64,000 nucleotides of DNA from Kiritimatiellia bacterium (GTDB taxonomy: Bacteria > Verrucomicrobiota > Kiritimatiellia > JAAZAB01). A program made the position numbers and the translations under genes. Shown here piece by piece: positions 21,558-31,140 of the stretch; positions within the stretch are counted from its first letter, which is position 1, and every line of letters begins with the position of its first letter. The notes beneath the pieces are model-generated. The model worked only from the letters and a program-made list of their open reading frames with translations. It did no database searches and had not been told where the DNA came from. The stretch is from positions 352,001 to 416,000 of the forward strand of contig JAXGPF010000003.1 in the NCBI GenBank assembly GCA_040767085.1, written 5' to 3'.

Positions 21558-23030
21558 TCAAGCCTGCTTGACAAAAATCATGGAAAAGGCGCGCGCCGCC
21601 AATTCCGCCCGTTCATCCACCGCCCGCGGCGCATGTTCGTAAATTGAAAGGCTCCGCCGCCAATATTCCCGGCGGATCGCCGGGCGATCGGGATTCGGCG
21701 AGGACAATCGGGCAAACATGCGGGCAAACCACAGCAAATCTGACCGGTATTCCTCGGGCGACGGGAATAGCGGCAAATCGCAGCCGCGCATGTCCGCCTG
21801 TTCCAGATGCTCCGCGATTTTCAGGTACGCGCGATGCGCTTCCCCGGGCGCCCACTTGCGCCGCGGATAATGCCCCCAGCCCGGCACAACTTCAAAGGCT
21901 TCCAACAATTCCCCAAGCCTTTCATGGGCGGCTCCGAATACCCGCCGGCAGAACTCGCGCGAGACCAGGTCGGGATCAAGGTCGGGATTAATGGCGGCCT
22001 GGGCCGCGGCATACATGCTCAAATGGCTTAATTTGGGGCTCATGGTATAACTCATGGCGCCGTGATACGGCGCCACCGCGCGCTCTTCCCGCCGGCGGCT
22101 GAAAATCCGCGGCAGGCGCCAATGCGGATACACCACCAACTCCCCTTCCGCCACCGCGTAATCCCAACTGTTGATCCGGCGGAGTTGGGCGATCTCCCGA
22201 ACGTATTCACGGGCATCGCCGCCGACCGTCGGATCGGCGTCGGGACTGAACCCAAGGTTGATCCCCACCATCGCGTTCGCCGGGAATTCCGGGAGCCAGG
22301 CAATGAAATCCGCCATCGCCCGCCGCGCGCGCTCCGGCGTGCCATTCCAGATCTGGCAGGCGGCTCCATCCGCCGGCGGCAGGTCCTTCGACAGCATTTG
22401 CCAGGTGCCATCCCAATCGGGCACAAACCGCATGTCCTCTCCCCAACCCGCAAACGGCGCGCCCCAGGTGCCAATTTCCATGACTGCATCCGGATTTTTG
22501 TCCAGGGTAATTTCCGACAGGCGCAGGGCCAATTCGATGAAGGTGCGGTGATCACAGCCATTGCGCCGGCAACCGCCCGGATCGCCCGGGAAAATCCCCA
22601 CCATGTCCGCCCCGCTCAGGATTTCCGCCCAATGCGTCCAGAGTTGTTCGATCAGGGCGCGGTCCGCTGGCAGATTGGGACAGGCAAAATACCATTCCTG
22701 CCCGATGCAATTGGGAGTCAAGCCGTATTTCACCTGGAGCCCTGCCTGATGCGCAAGATCAATCACCGCCGGCATCAGCCGGGTAAATTCCGGGTAAATC
22801 CCGTCGCGCGCCAAAGCGGACTTGTAGATGGTCGGCTCCAGCCAGAACTCGAAACAGGTAAAGCCAAAGGCCTTGATCATCGCGAACAGCCGCCGGAACT
22901 CATCCATATCCCAATGCTGGCCGCCCCGCGGATGGACCATGTTGACATTCCAGGCATTCAACAGGTGCGACGCGAAATTGATGTAATACGCCCGATGCCG
23001 GAATGCCGGCGGATTGCTTTCATTATCCAT
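21558..23030 (-). CDS. Hypothetical protein, probable TIM-barrel (GH-like)
   Basis: 490-aa ORF, first gene of a co-oriented operon. Contains FPGDPGGC and a GF...EFW N-terminal pattern. No family recognised with certainty. Confidence 0.6.
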   Translation of the reverse strand: MDNESNPPAFRHRAYYINFASHLLNAWNVNMVHPRGGQHWDMDEFRRLFAMIKAFGFTCFEFWLEPTIYKSALARDGIYPEFTRLMPAVIDLAHQAGLQVKYGLTPNCIGQEWYFACPNLPADRALIEQLWTHWAEILSGADMVGIFPGDPGGCRRNGCDHRTFIELALRLSEITLDKNPDAVMEIGTWGAPFAGWGEDMRFVPDWDGTWQMLSKDLPPADGAACQIWNGTPERARRAMADFIAWLPEFPANAMVGINLGFSPDADPTVGGDAREYVREIAQLRRINSWDYAVAEGELVVYPHWRLPRIFSRRREERAVAPYHGAMSYTMSPKLSHLSMYAAAQAAINPDLDPDLVSREFCRRVFGAAHERLGELLEAFEVVPGWGHYPRRKWAPGEAHRAYLKIAEHLEQADMRGCDLPLFPSPEEYRSDLLWFARMFARLSSPNPDRPAIRREYWRRSLSIYEHAPRAVDERAELAARAFSMIFVKQA

Positions 23031-23042
23031 AATGCATGCTTT

Positions 23043-23188
23043 GGAATAGAGGGAATAGGGGGAATAGGGTCAGTCCGGGGAATAGGGTCAGTCCGAGTCC
23101 GGGGAATAGGGTCAGTCCGTGATTATTGGCATTTTTTATTTGACCGGGGAATAGGGTCAGTCCGTGATTATTGGCATTTTTTATTTGA
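23043..23188. repeat. Ladder of progressively longer direct copies of the Y1-element left end
   Basis: GGAATAG (23043), GGGAATAGGG (23051), GGAATAGGGTCAGTCC (23061), a 24-mer at 23077, and two identical 43-mers at 23101-23143 and 23146-23188. Confidence 0.9.
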
Positions 23189-24233
23189 TTGTCAAGAGAG
23201 TTGATGTTAAAAATTATTCATGCCAAGACAACCAAGAATCGAATACGCAGGGGCTCTGTATCACATTATGAGCCGTGGCGACCGCGGGGAGGCCATTTTC
23301 GATGATGACATCGATCGTCATCAGTTTCTCAAGACTCTGGGCGAAACATGTGGCCGGACAGGATGGATAGTGCATGCCTATGTATTGATGCAGAACCATT
23401 TTCATTTACTGCTGGAGACACCTGCTGCCAATTTGGTGGTGGGGATGAAATGGTGTTTGAGCACTTACACCCTGCGTTATAATGGTCGACATCAGCGGCG
23501 TGGGCATGTTTTTCAAGGCCGGTACAAGGCGGTGATGATCGACCCGGAAGAATTCGGATTCACTGCCCGTGTCAGCACGTATATTCATCTTAATCCGCTG
23601 CGGGCAGGGTTGGAGAACAGAGCCGGCAAGTATATTTGGGGCAGCTTGCCGGCGTATCTGGGACGCGCAATGCCTCCAGCATGGCTGGAACTGGAGCGTG
23701 TATACGGGAGTGTAGAGATTGACAGCCATAGCCGCTTGGCGGGGCGTGCATACGGCCGATACCTGGATCGTGTGTGGAGGATTGACACAAGGCACAAGGA
23801 TCAGGGAGATACATGGGAATGTTTACGCCGCGGCTGGTGTATTGGTGATGGCGCTTTTCGAGAACGTTTGTTAAAAGCCATTGGCAAAAAAGTTGCAAGA
23901 GCTCGGAGGGAAACATACGGCGGAGGAGCCAAGCGAGCGCATGATGATCGGAATGCTTCAATAATTATTCAAGCTGGATTATCCGCTCTCGGATTGAAGA
24001 GCAAAGAGCTTGTGATTTTACGCAAAAGAGACAAACGCAAGCAAGTGTTGGCCTGGTGGTTAAACCGGCATACAAGCGCAGAGAACGAATGGATCAGCCA
24101 ACAACTGCATATGGGACACAGAACTGCGGTATCGAAAGCGTCAAAAGCCGTTGCAGACGGCATTGATCCTGAGCTTAACAAATTGCGGCAGTTGTTGGAA
24201 AACACCAAGAATCACGGACTGACCCCTACTCCC
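23146..24233 (+). mobile_element. Y1 (HUH) transposase element bounded by about 29-bp imperfect inverted repeats
   Basis: Left end GGGAATAGGGTCAGTCCGTGATTATTGG versus reverse complement of 24205-24233, GGGAGTAGGGGTCAGTCCGTGATTCTTGG. Visibly lower GC than the flanks. Confidence 0.75.
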
Positions 24234-24275
24234 TCTTCCGATGGTGGCCCTGTGTTTCATGGAACATGCCATTGA
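23220..24275 (+). CDS. Y1_Tnp/RAYT-like HUH transposase with C-terminal HTH-like extension
   Basis: MPR.PR....GALYH...RG, AYVLMQNHFHLL (HUH), RRGHVFQGRYK and YIHLNP. The ORF reads through the right inverted repeat. Confidence 0.9.
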   Translation: MPRQPRIEYAGALYHIMSRGDRGEAIFDDDIDRHQFLKTLGETCGRTGWIVHAYVLMQNHFHLLLETPAANLVVGMKWCLSTYTLRYNGRHQRRGHVFQGRYKAVMIDPEEFGFTARVSTYIHLNPLRAGLENRAGKYIWGSLPAYLGRAMPPAWLELERVYGSVEIDSHSRLAGRAYGRYLDRVWRIDTRHKDQGDTWECLRRGWCIGDGAFRERLLKAIGKKVARARRETYGGGAKRAHDDRNASIIIQAGLSALGLKSKELVILRKRDKRKQVLAWWLNRHTSAENEWISQQLHMGHRTAVSKASKAVADGIDPELNKLRQLLENTKNHGLTPTPSSDGGPVFHGTCH

Positions 24276-24513
24276 GTTCGGGGCGCTGGACGGCATGCCG
24301 GTGCATACGCTTTTTGCCATTGTCAGCCCGACTGTCACCGCGCATTTGAACCTTTTATCACGCCTGGCGTTTGCGCTCCGGCACCCGGGATTTTCCAAAA
24401 CCATCGCGCAGCAGGGTTCCCGGGATGAAATTCTCGAAAGCGCCCGCGAAATTGACCGGCTTTTGCTCAGCCGCGCCCCGGACAAGGCCGGGACGGGAGG
24501 CGACGCGCCATGA
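24234..24513 (+). pseudogene. 5'-truncated PTS EIIA (PtsN-like, EIIA-2) gene
   Basis: ALCF.EHAIEFGALDG.PVHTLF.IVSPT...HL.LLSRLA is the C-terminal half of EIIA-2. The N-terminal part with the phospho-His is absent and abuts the Y1 right end. Confidence 0.75.
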
Positions 24514-26501
24514 GGCTTTTGGTTTGCGCATTGGCCGTCATGTTTGCCGGGGCATTCCTCTGCCTGGCTGCCATCGGCCGGCCGCGCACAGCCCGGGTGC
24601 TGGGTCCGGCAATCACGGTGATCGGCTGCCTGTGCGGACTGGTTCCGGTTTTCATGGCGCTGGCGGGTATAAACATCCCGCCATTGCGCATCCCCTGGAA
24701 CATGCCCTGCGGGTCCATCTCGCTGGAATTGGATGCATTGGCCGCCATCTTCGCCCTGCCTATACTCGTATTATGCTCCCTATCAGCTATTTACGGCGCA
24801 GAATATCTGCGGTCGTTCGAAACCCGGCGGGATTTGGCGGTTACATGGTTCTTTTTTAACCTGCTGGCCGGCAGCATGCTGTTGGTGGTGGTGGCCCGCA
24901 ATGCCATGTTATTCCTGCTGGCATGGGAAACCATGTCGCTTGCCTCGTTCTTCCTGGTTGCATTTGAAAATGAGCGGGAAAACGCACGGCGCGCCGGCTG
25001 GACTTACCTGGTCGCAACCCATCTGGGCACGGCTTTGCTGCTGCTGATGTTTGCCCTGCTGGGCCGCCACGGCGGCACTTTGGATTTTAATGGATTTGCC
25101 GGCGCGGGCGCCGTTCCGGGATTGGCGACTGCGGTTTTTCTGCTGGCGCTGGCCGGATTCGGGACCAAGGCCGGCTTCATTCCCCTGCATGTCTGGCTGC
25201 CGGAAGCCCATCCCGCGGCGCCATCGCATGTTTCCGCGGTGATGAGCGGCGTGATGATCAAGACCGGCATCTACGGATTGCTGCGCACATTGACTTTTAT
25301 CGGGGCGCCGCCGCCGTGGTGGGGCTGGACCCTGGTAGGTGTGGGCGCCGTCTCCGGCATCCTGGGCGTTTTACTGGCGCTGGCGCAACACGACTTGAAA
25401 CGGCTTTTGGCCTATCACAGCGTGGAAAACATCGGCATCATCACCCTGGGAACGGGGATCGGCCTTCTGGGAGTAAGCTATGCCAGCCCAACCATGGCCT
25501 TCCTGGGATTTGCCGGCAGCCTGCTCCATGTCATCAATCACGCCCTTTTCAAGGGCCTGCTGTTTTTAAGCGCCGGGTCGGTGCTGCATGCTGCCGGCAC
25601 CCGGGAAATTGACCGGCTCGGCGGCCTGCTCAAGTCCATGCCGGTCACTGGCGGCGTTTTCCTGGTAGGTTCCGCCGCCATCTGCGGCCTGCCGCCGCTC
25701 AACGGATTTGTCAGCGAGTTCCTGATTTATCTGGGCGCATTGTGGGCGCTGGTTAAAACAGCGCAACTGCCCGTAGGGGCGGCGGGCGCAGGCGTGGTGG
25801 TGCTGGCCGCGCTGGCGCTGATTGGCGGCCTGGCGGTGGCCTGTTTTACCAAAGCTTTTGGCGTGATTTTTCTCGGCGAAGCGCGCGATCCCGCCGCCGC
25901 CCGGGCGCACGAATCGCCGGCCGCCATGCGTATCCCCATGGTGACCCTGGCCGGACTGTGCTGCCTCGTCGGCTGCTCCGCCCCGTTCCTGCCGGCGCTG
26001 TTGCAACCGGCGGTTGCCATCCTTGCCCCCGGCACGGCGGCCGCGCCGGCGGCGTCAGGCTGGCCCGGCTTAGCCCTGGCAGCCATTCCGGCCATCACCC
26101 TGGGCGCCGCGCTGCTGGCCTGGCTATGCCTGCGCATACGTAAAAGCCTGCTGGCAACCCAGCCGGCGGGCCAGGCGGTCACCTGGGATTGCGGCTATGC
26201 CGCGCCGGCGCCGCGCATGCAATACACCGCCTCGTCGTTTGCCGATCCCATTACGCGGGTTTTCAGGCCGTTTTTGCGCACCCGTTTCCATAGCCAGCCG
26301 CCGGCCGGACTTTTCCCGGATGCGGCGTCGCTGGCGAGCCATACGCCCGATTTTTTCCATGAGCGGATTTACCGTTATTTATTCATGCGGGCGGAGAGCG
26401 TGCTGGCGCGGTTCCGCCTGTTTCAACATGGCCGGTTGAATCTCTATATTTTATACATCATGCTGGCGCTGCTTGGCCTGCTGGCATGGAAGTTGGTCTG
26501 A
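24510..26501 (+). CDS. hyfB: Hydrogenase-4 component B-like proton-translocating antiporter subunit
   Basis: WETMSL, KAG..PLHVWLPEAHPAAPSHVSA, LLAYHSVENIG and TWDCGY...RMQYT motifs; multiple TM helices. Confidence 0.9.
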   Translation: MRLLVCALAVMFAGAFLCLAAIGRPRTARVLGPAITVIGCLCGLVPVFMALAGINIPPLRIPWNMPCGSISLELDALAAIFALPILVLCSLSAIYGAEYLRSFETRRDLAVTWFFFNLLAGSMLLVVVARNAMLFLLAWETMSLASFFLVAFENERENARRAGWTYLVATHLGTALLLLMFALLGRHGGTLDFNGFAGAGAVPGLATAVFLLALAGFGTKAGFIPLHVWLPEAHPAAPSHVSAVMSGVMIKTGIYGLLRTLTFIGAPPPWWGWTLVGVGAVSGILGVLLALAQHDLKRLLAYHSVENIGIITLGTGIGLLGVSYASPTMAFLGFAGSLLHVINHALFKGLLFLSAGSVLHAAGTREIDRLGGLLKSMPVTGGVFLVGSAAICGLPPLNGFVSEFLIYLGALWALVKTAQLPVGAAGAGVVVLAALALIGGLAVACFTKAFGVIFLGEARDPAAARAHESPAAMRIPMVTLAGLCCLVGCSAPFLPALLQPAVAILAPGTAAAPAASGWPGLALAAIPAITLGAALLAWLCLRIRKSLLATQPAGQAVTWDCGYAAPAPRMQYTASSFADPITRVFRPFLRTRFHSQPPAGLFPDAASLASHTPDFFHERIYRYLFMRAESVLARFRLFQHGRLNLYILYIMLALLGLLAWKLV

Positions 26502-26502
26502 T

Positions 26503-27426
26503 ATGCGCTTGATTTTTTCACATTCGATCATAATGCTGGCAGGATTGATCCTGGCCCCGCTCCTGCCGGGCGTCATCAATCGCGCCAAAGCCCTGTGCGC
26601 CGGCCGCCATGGCGCGCCGCTGCTCCAGACTTACTACGATATTTTTAAATTGCTGCGCAAAAGCGCGGTTTACAGCCGCACGACCACCTGGATTTTCCGC
26701 GCCAATCCCGCCCTCGGGCTGGCGGCGATTGTCATGATCACCGCCTTGCTCCCGATGGCGCGGCTGGCCGCCCCGCTGGCCTTTGCCGGTGATTTCATCT
26801 TGTTCGCCTACGCCCTGGGTTTGATGCGGTTCCTGACCATCATCGCCGCGCTCGATACCGGGTCCAGCTTTGAAGGCATGGGCGCCAGCCGCGAGGCGCA
26901 GTTTTCGGCGCTGGCGGAGCCGGCGCTGATCGTCAGCCTGGCGGCACTGGTTTGCGCCACCGGCCGCCTTTCCCTGTCAGACATCTTCGCCGCTCTGGGC
27001 GCATCGCCATCGGCGAGCATCCCGGCCATCGTGCTGGTGGCGGCCGCGCTGTTGATTGTCTTCCTCGCGGAAAATTCACGCATCCCGGTGGACGATCCCA
27101 ATACCCACCTGGAACTCACCATGATCCACGAGGTGATGATCCTGGATTATTCCGGGCCGGACCTGGCGATGATTTTATACGCCGCCTCGCTGAAACTGTG
27201 GGTGCTGGGGGCGTTGATCGTCAACCTGGCGCTGGCGCTGACGGATTTGCGCGGCGCGGTCCTCGCGGCCGCCTTCGCCGGGGGCATGCTGGTCCTGGCG
27301 GCGGCGGTCGGCATCATCGAATCATCCATAGCCCGCTTGAGCCTGATCAAGGTGCCCCGGCTGCTGGCCGGCGCGCTGGTGCTGGCCGTGCTGGCATTTT
27401 CCTTTATCGTGAGGTCGGCAACATGA
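26503..27426 (+). CDS. hyfC: Hydrogenase-4 component C-like (NuoH family) membrane subunit
   Basis: G.PLLQ.YYD..KLL.K, DTGSSFEGMGASRE and ENSRIPVDDPNTHLELTMIHE motifs. ATG at 26503. Confidence 0.9.
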   Translation: MRLIFSHSIIMLAGLILAPLLPGVINRAKALCAGRHGAPLLQTYYDIFKLLRKSAVYSRTTTWIFRANPALGLAAIVMITALLPMARLAAPLAFAGDFILFAYALGLMRFLTIIAALDTGSSFEGMGASREAQFSALAEPALIVSLAALVCATGRLSLSDIFAALGASPSASIPAIVLVAAALLIVFLAENSRIPVDDPNTHLELTMIHEVMILDYSGPDLAMILYAASLKLWVLGALIVNLALALTDLRGAVLAAAFAGGMLVLAAAVGIIESSIARLSLIKVPRLLAGALVLAVLAFSFIVRSAT

Positions 27427-28067
27427 CCGCCCTGACCGACACCATCCTCGTCCTGCTGATTCTCTCGGGTTTCGCCTTGCTGAATTCCAGCCGGCTGGGC
27501 GCCAGCATCCGCCTCGCGGCCCTGCAGGGGATCCTGGCCGGCCTGCTCCCGGCGGCGATGAGCGGGCACGGGGTATCGCCGCGCATTCTGGCTACCGGCG
27601 CGGTGGTGATCGTGATGAAAGGCCTGGTTTTCCCCCGCCTGCTGTTCCGCGCCCTGCGCGAATCCGATACCCGCCGCGAGCAGCAGCCCCTGCTGGGGTA
27701 TATGACTTCGCTGATCTTCGGCGTCCTGGGGCTCCTCTGCGCCTTCTGGTTGGATGCGCGGCTGGATTTGGCGGTCCAGCCCGCCTCCCGCCTGGTCGTG
27801 CCGACGGCGGTCGCCACGATGCTGACGGGCCTTTTCCTGATCGTCACCCGCCGCATCGCCCTCAGCCAGGTGATCGGCTTTATTACGCTCGAAAACGGAA
27901 TTTACGCTTTCGGTCTGGCGATTGTCGGCGATGCGCCCGTGCTGATCGAATTGGGCGTGCTGATGGATGTTTTTGTGGCGGTGTTCGTAATGGGGATCGC
28001 CATTTGCCATATCAACCGCGAATTCGACCACATGGATTCCGACCGGTTGACGACATTGAAGGGTTGA
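27423..28067 (+). CDS. hyfE: Hydrogenase-4 component E-like membrane subunit
   Basis: QVIGF..LENGI, ELGVL.D and D.D.L..LKG end. ATGA overlap with hyfC; true start 27423 lies inside the listed ORF. Confidence 0.85.
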   Translation: MTALTDTILVLLILSGFALLNSSRLGASIRLAALQGILAGLLPAAMSGHGVSPRILATGAVVIVMKGLVFPRLLFRALRESDTRREQQPLLGYMTSLIFGVLGLLCAFWLDARLDLAVQPASRLVVPTAVATMLTGLFLIVTRRIALSQVIGFITLENGIYAFGLAIVGDAPVLIELGVLMDVFVAVFVMGIAICHINREFDHMDSDRLTTLKG

Positions 28068-28070
28068 AAC

Positions 28071-29552
28071 ATGCATGCGGAATGGTTGTTGCCCAGCCTG
28101 GCGCTGCTGCCGGCATTGCTGGCCGGCGTCTGCCTGCTGCTCCGCTCGCCGCGGGCGATTTTGGCGGTTTGCGCCGGCGGCACACTGGCCGCGGCGGCGC
28201 TCGCGGGCTGCGCCGCCGGGCTGGCGCTGCGCCTTGGCCCGCTGACGGCCGCCGCCGGCTGGTTTTGGCTGGACGCGCTGTCGGCCTGCCACATGCTGGT
28301 GATGGCCATGGTTTTTTCCATCGCGGCCGTTTTCGGCGGCAGTTATTTCCGCGCCGAAATTGCCGGCGGCCGGCTGACCCGCAAGCTGGCCCGGCGTTAT
28401 GGCAGCCTCTGGTTCGGATCGCTGGCGGCCATGCTGCTGGTACTGATCGCCAACAATCTGGGCATCATGTGGGTGGGCATTGAAGCCACCACGCTGTTGA
28501 CGGCCTTCCTGATCTGCTTGCACGCCACGCCGGCCGCGCTGGAGGCGATGTGGAAATACCTGCTGATGTGCTCGGTCGGCGTCGCGCTCGCCTTTACGGG
28601 CACGCTGCTGATCGCCGCGTCGGCGGCGCCGGCGGCCTTGCAGGGCGCGGACGTGATGCTCTGGACCAACTTGCGGAACGCCGCCCCGCAGCTCCATCCC
28701 GCGCTGATCAAGGCCGGGTTCATTTTCCTGGTCATCGGCTACGGCGCCAAGGCCGGGCTGGCGCCGATGCATAACTGGCTCCCGGACGCCCATAGCCAGG
28801 CGCCGGGACCGGTTTCGGCGATTTTTTCCGGGTTTCTCCTGAACGCCGCGCTCTACGGCATCCTGCGCTGCCTGCCCCTGGTGGAGGCGGCCACCGGCAA
28901 CACCGGCTGGGGACGCGGCATCCTCGTGGCGTTCGGCCTGCTCTCGGTCGCCATGGCGGCGGCGTTCATCGTCACCCAGCAGGATATCAAGCGCCTGCTG
29001 GCATATTCCAGCGTGGAACACATCGGCATCATGGCGCTGGGTTTTGGGCTGGGCGGTCTGGGCGCCATTGCCGCCCTGTTCCACATGTTCAGCCATTCGC
29101 TGGCCAAAACCCTGGCATTCTGCTGCGCCGGCCGGCTGGGCCAGATCCTCGGGACCCACGATATGCAACGCATGGGTCGGTTGCCGGCGGTCTCGCCCTG
29201 GCTGGGCGCGGGCTTGCTGACCGCGCTGCTGACCCTGATCGGCGCCGCGCCGTTCGCATTGTTTGTCAGCGAATTCCTGATCATGAAAGCCGCCATAGAC
29301 CAGGGAAACCTGGCGGCGGCCGGCATCCTGCTCGCCGGGCTGGCCGTGGTGTTCATCGCGGTGCTGCGCCGCATGATCGCCCTGGCCTGGAACCCCGCCG
29401 CCGGCGCTCCGCCGCCGCAACGCGCGCATTGGACGGAAATTCTGCCGATTGCCGCCGGCCTGGCAGCGCTGCTGGCGCTGGGCTTGTACTGGCCGGCGCC
29501 GCTGGCGCGCACCCTGGAAAGCGCGGCCGCCGTCCTGGGAGGGATGCCATGA
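28071..29552 (+). CDS. hyfF: Hydrogenase-4 component F-like antiporter subunit
   Basis: WVGIEATTL, LEA.WKY, KAGLAPMHNWLPDAHSQAP and KRLLAYSSVEHIG motifs. Confidence 0.9.
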   Translation: MHAEWLLPSLALLPALLAGVCLLLRSPRAILAVCAGGTLAAAALAGCAAGLALRLGPLTAAAGWFWLDALSACHMLVMAMVFSIAAVFGGSYFRAEIAGGRLTRKLARRYGSLWFGSLAAMLLVLIANNLGIMWVGIEATTLLTAFLICLHATPAALEAMWKYLLMCSVGVALAFTGTLLIAASAAPAALQGADVMLWTNLRNAAPQLHPALIKAGFIFLVIGYGAKAGLAPMHNWLPDAHSQAPGPVSAIFSGFLLNAALYGILRCLPLVEAATGNTGWGRGILVAFGLLSVAMAAAFIVTQQDIKRLLAYSSVEHIGIMALGFGLGGLGAIAALFHMFSHSLAKTLAFCCAGRLGQILGTHDMQRMGRLPAVSPWLGAGLLTALLTLIGAAPFALFVSEFLIMKAAIDQGNLAAAGILLAGLAVVFIAVLRRMIALAWNPAAGAPPPQRAHWTEILPIAAGLAALLALGLYWPAPLARTLESAAAVLGGMP

Positions 29553-31129
29553 ACGAGTCCGCCCTGCTGCCGGACAACACGGCCATCCCGCTGGGCGCGG
29601 TGCCGGATTTGACGCCAACGGCATTCCGGGAACATGTTTTGGACGGCGTCCGGCAGGGCGCCCGCCTCGCCGCGCTGTTCGGCTGCCCGGCCGGGGGCGC
29701 GCTCCGGCTGTTCGCCGTGCTGGCCTGGGCGGACCGCGGCCAGATTACGGCCGCTTCCGCGCGCGCGCCGCGGCGCTACCCGGCCCTCACCCCGGAATGC
29801 CCGCAGGCCCACCTCTTCGAGCGCGAACTCGCCGAATTGTGGCGGATCGAACCGGCGGGCCACCCCTGGCTCAAGCCGGTGCGCTTTCCAATCCGCGCGG
29901 CGGGCGGGGCGGCGCCATCGGATGCGCCGCCCCGTGACGCCGCTCCAGGACAGATGCCGCACCCCGTGACGCCGCTGCAAGGGGAACGCGCGCAAACTCC
30001 GCCCGCGCCGTGCGGAGTAATGGATTTCTTCCAAATCGCCGGCGCGGAAATTCACGAGGTGGCGGTGGGACCGGTGCATGCCGGCATCATCGAGCCCGGC
30101 CATTTCCGGTTTCAATGCCACGGGGAGACGGTACACCACCTGGAAATCTCGCTGGGCTACCAGCATCGCGGCGTGGAACAAGCCCTGGCCGGCGGACCAG
30201 ACCGGCGCACGCTGCATTACATGGAAACCCTGGCCGGCGACACCACGATCGGACACGCCACCGCTTATTGCCGGATCGTCGAGGCCCTGGCGCAATGCCG
30301 CGTCCCGGCCCGCGCGCAGGCCCTCCGCGGCATCGCGCTCGAGTTGGAGCGCATCGCCAACCATATCGGCGACCTCGGGGCGCTGGCCGGCGACATCGGA
30401 TTCTTGCCGACCATGTCCTTCTGCGGGCGGATTCGGGGCGATATCCTCAACCTGACGGCCCGGCTGTGCGGCAACCGTTTCGGCCGCCGCCTGATTGTGC
30501 CCGGCGGCGCGGGCTACGACCTGGACCGCGTCCAGGCCGCGGAACTGCGCGCCCGGCTGGACCAGGCCATGACCGACGCCGCCACGGCGATCAGCCTGCT
30601 CTGGGAAACGCCGTCCGTGCTCGCCCGCTTCGAGAACACCGGCGCGGTCCCGCGCGAACTGGCCGCGGAAATCGGCCTGGTGGGGGTCGCCGCGCGCGCC
30701 TGCGGACTGGACCGCGACGTCCGGCGCGACTTCCCGGACGGCATCTTCCAGATGGCGCAAATCCCCGTCGCCACCTGGCATACGGGCGATGTTTTCGCCC
30801 GCGCCTTCGTGCGCTGGCTGGAAACGCAGCGCTCCGCCGCGTTCATCCGCGATCTATTGAGCACCCTGCCCGAGGAATCCGTCCGCGTCCCCTGCGCGGG
30901 GGATTTGCCGCCGGAACATCTGGCCGTGGCCCTGACCGAGGGCTGGCGCGGCGAAATCTGCCACGCGGCCGTCACCGATACCGCCGGACGGTTCGCCGGT
31001 TACAAGGTGGTGGATCCTTCGTTCCATAACTGGTTCGGCCTGGCGCAGGCCATGCGCGGCCAGCAGATTTCCGACTTCCCGCTTTGCAACAAGAGTTTCA
31101 ACCTGTCCTATTGCGGCCACGATTTGTAA
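29549..31129 (+). CDS. HyfG/HycE-like large subunit (NuoC+NuoD fusion) lacking Ni-binding CxxC motifs (Ehr type)
   Basis: FERE..E...GHPW, VGPVHAGIIEPGHFRF, LELER.ANH and EGWRGE. ETLAGD and NKSFNLSYCGHDL stand where RxCxxC and DPCxxC would be. Confidence 0.9.
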   Translation: MNESALLPDNTAIPLGAVPDLTPTAFREHVLDGVRQGARLAALFGCPAGGALRLFAVLAWADRGQITAASARAPRRYPALTPECPQAHLFERELAELWRIEPAGHPWLKPVRFPIRAAGGAAPSDAPPRDAAPGQMPHPVTPLQGERAQTPPAPCGVMDFFQIAGAEIHEVAVGPVHAGIIEPGHFRFQCHGETVHHLEISLGYQHRGVEQALAGGPDRRTLHYMETLAGDTTIGHATAYCRIVEALAQCRVPARAQALRGIALELERIANHIGDLGALAGDIGFLPTMSFCGRIRGDILNLTARLCGNRFGRRLIVPGGAGYDLDRVQAAELRARLDQAMTDAATAISLLWETPSVLARFENTGAVPRELAAEIGLVGVAARACGLDRDVRRDFPDGIFQMAQIPVATWHTGDVFARAFVRWLETQRSAAFIRDLLSTLPEESVRVPCAGDLPPEHLAVALTEGWRGEICHAAVTDTAGRFAGYKVVDPSFHNWFGLAQAMRGQQISDFPLCNKSFNLSYCGHDL

Positions 31130-31140
31130 GGACCTGAAAA

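Noticed and set aside
23043-23188. Possible CRISPR array
   Set aside because: Repeats are adjacent with no unique spacers, vary in length and match the inverted end of the neighbouring transposase. No cas genes are present.
27147-30781. Long antisense ORFs (825 aa and 642 aa) opposite the hyf-like genes
   Set aside because: Shadow ORFs of GC-rich coding sequence with no motifs, while the + strand carries clear conserved proteins. The same applies to 2276-3931, 38829-40241, 45939-47495, 48481-50223, 51049-52482 and 56800-58347.
29549-31129. Functional group 4 [NiFe]-hydrogenase
   Set aside because: Both Ni-binding CxxC motifs are absent.
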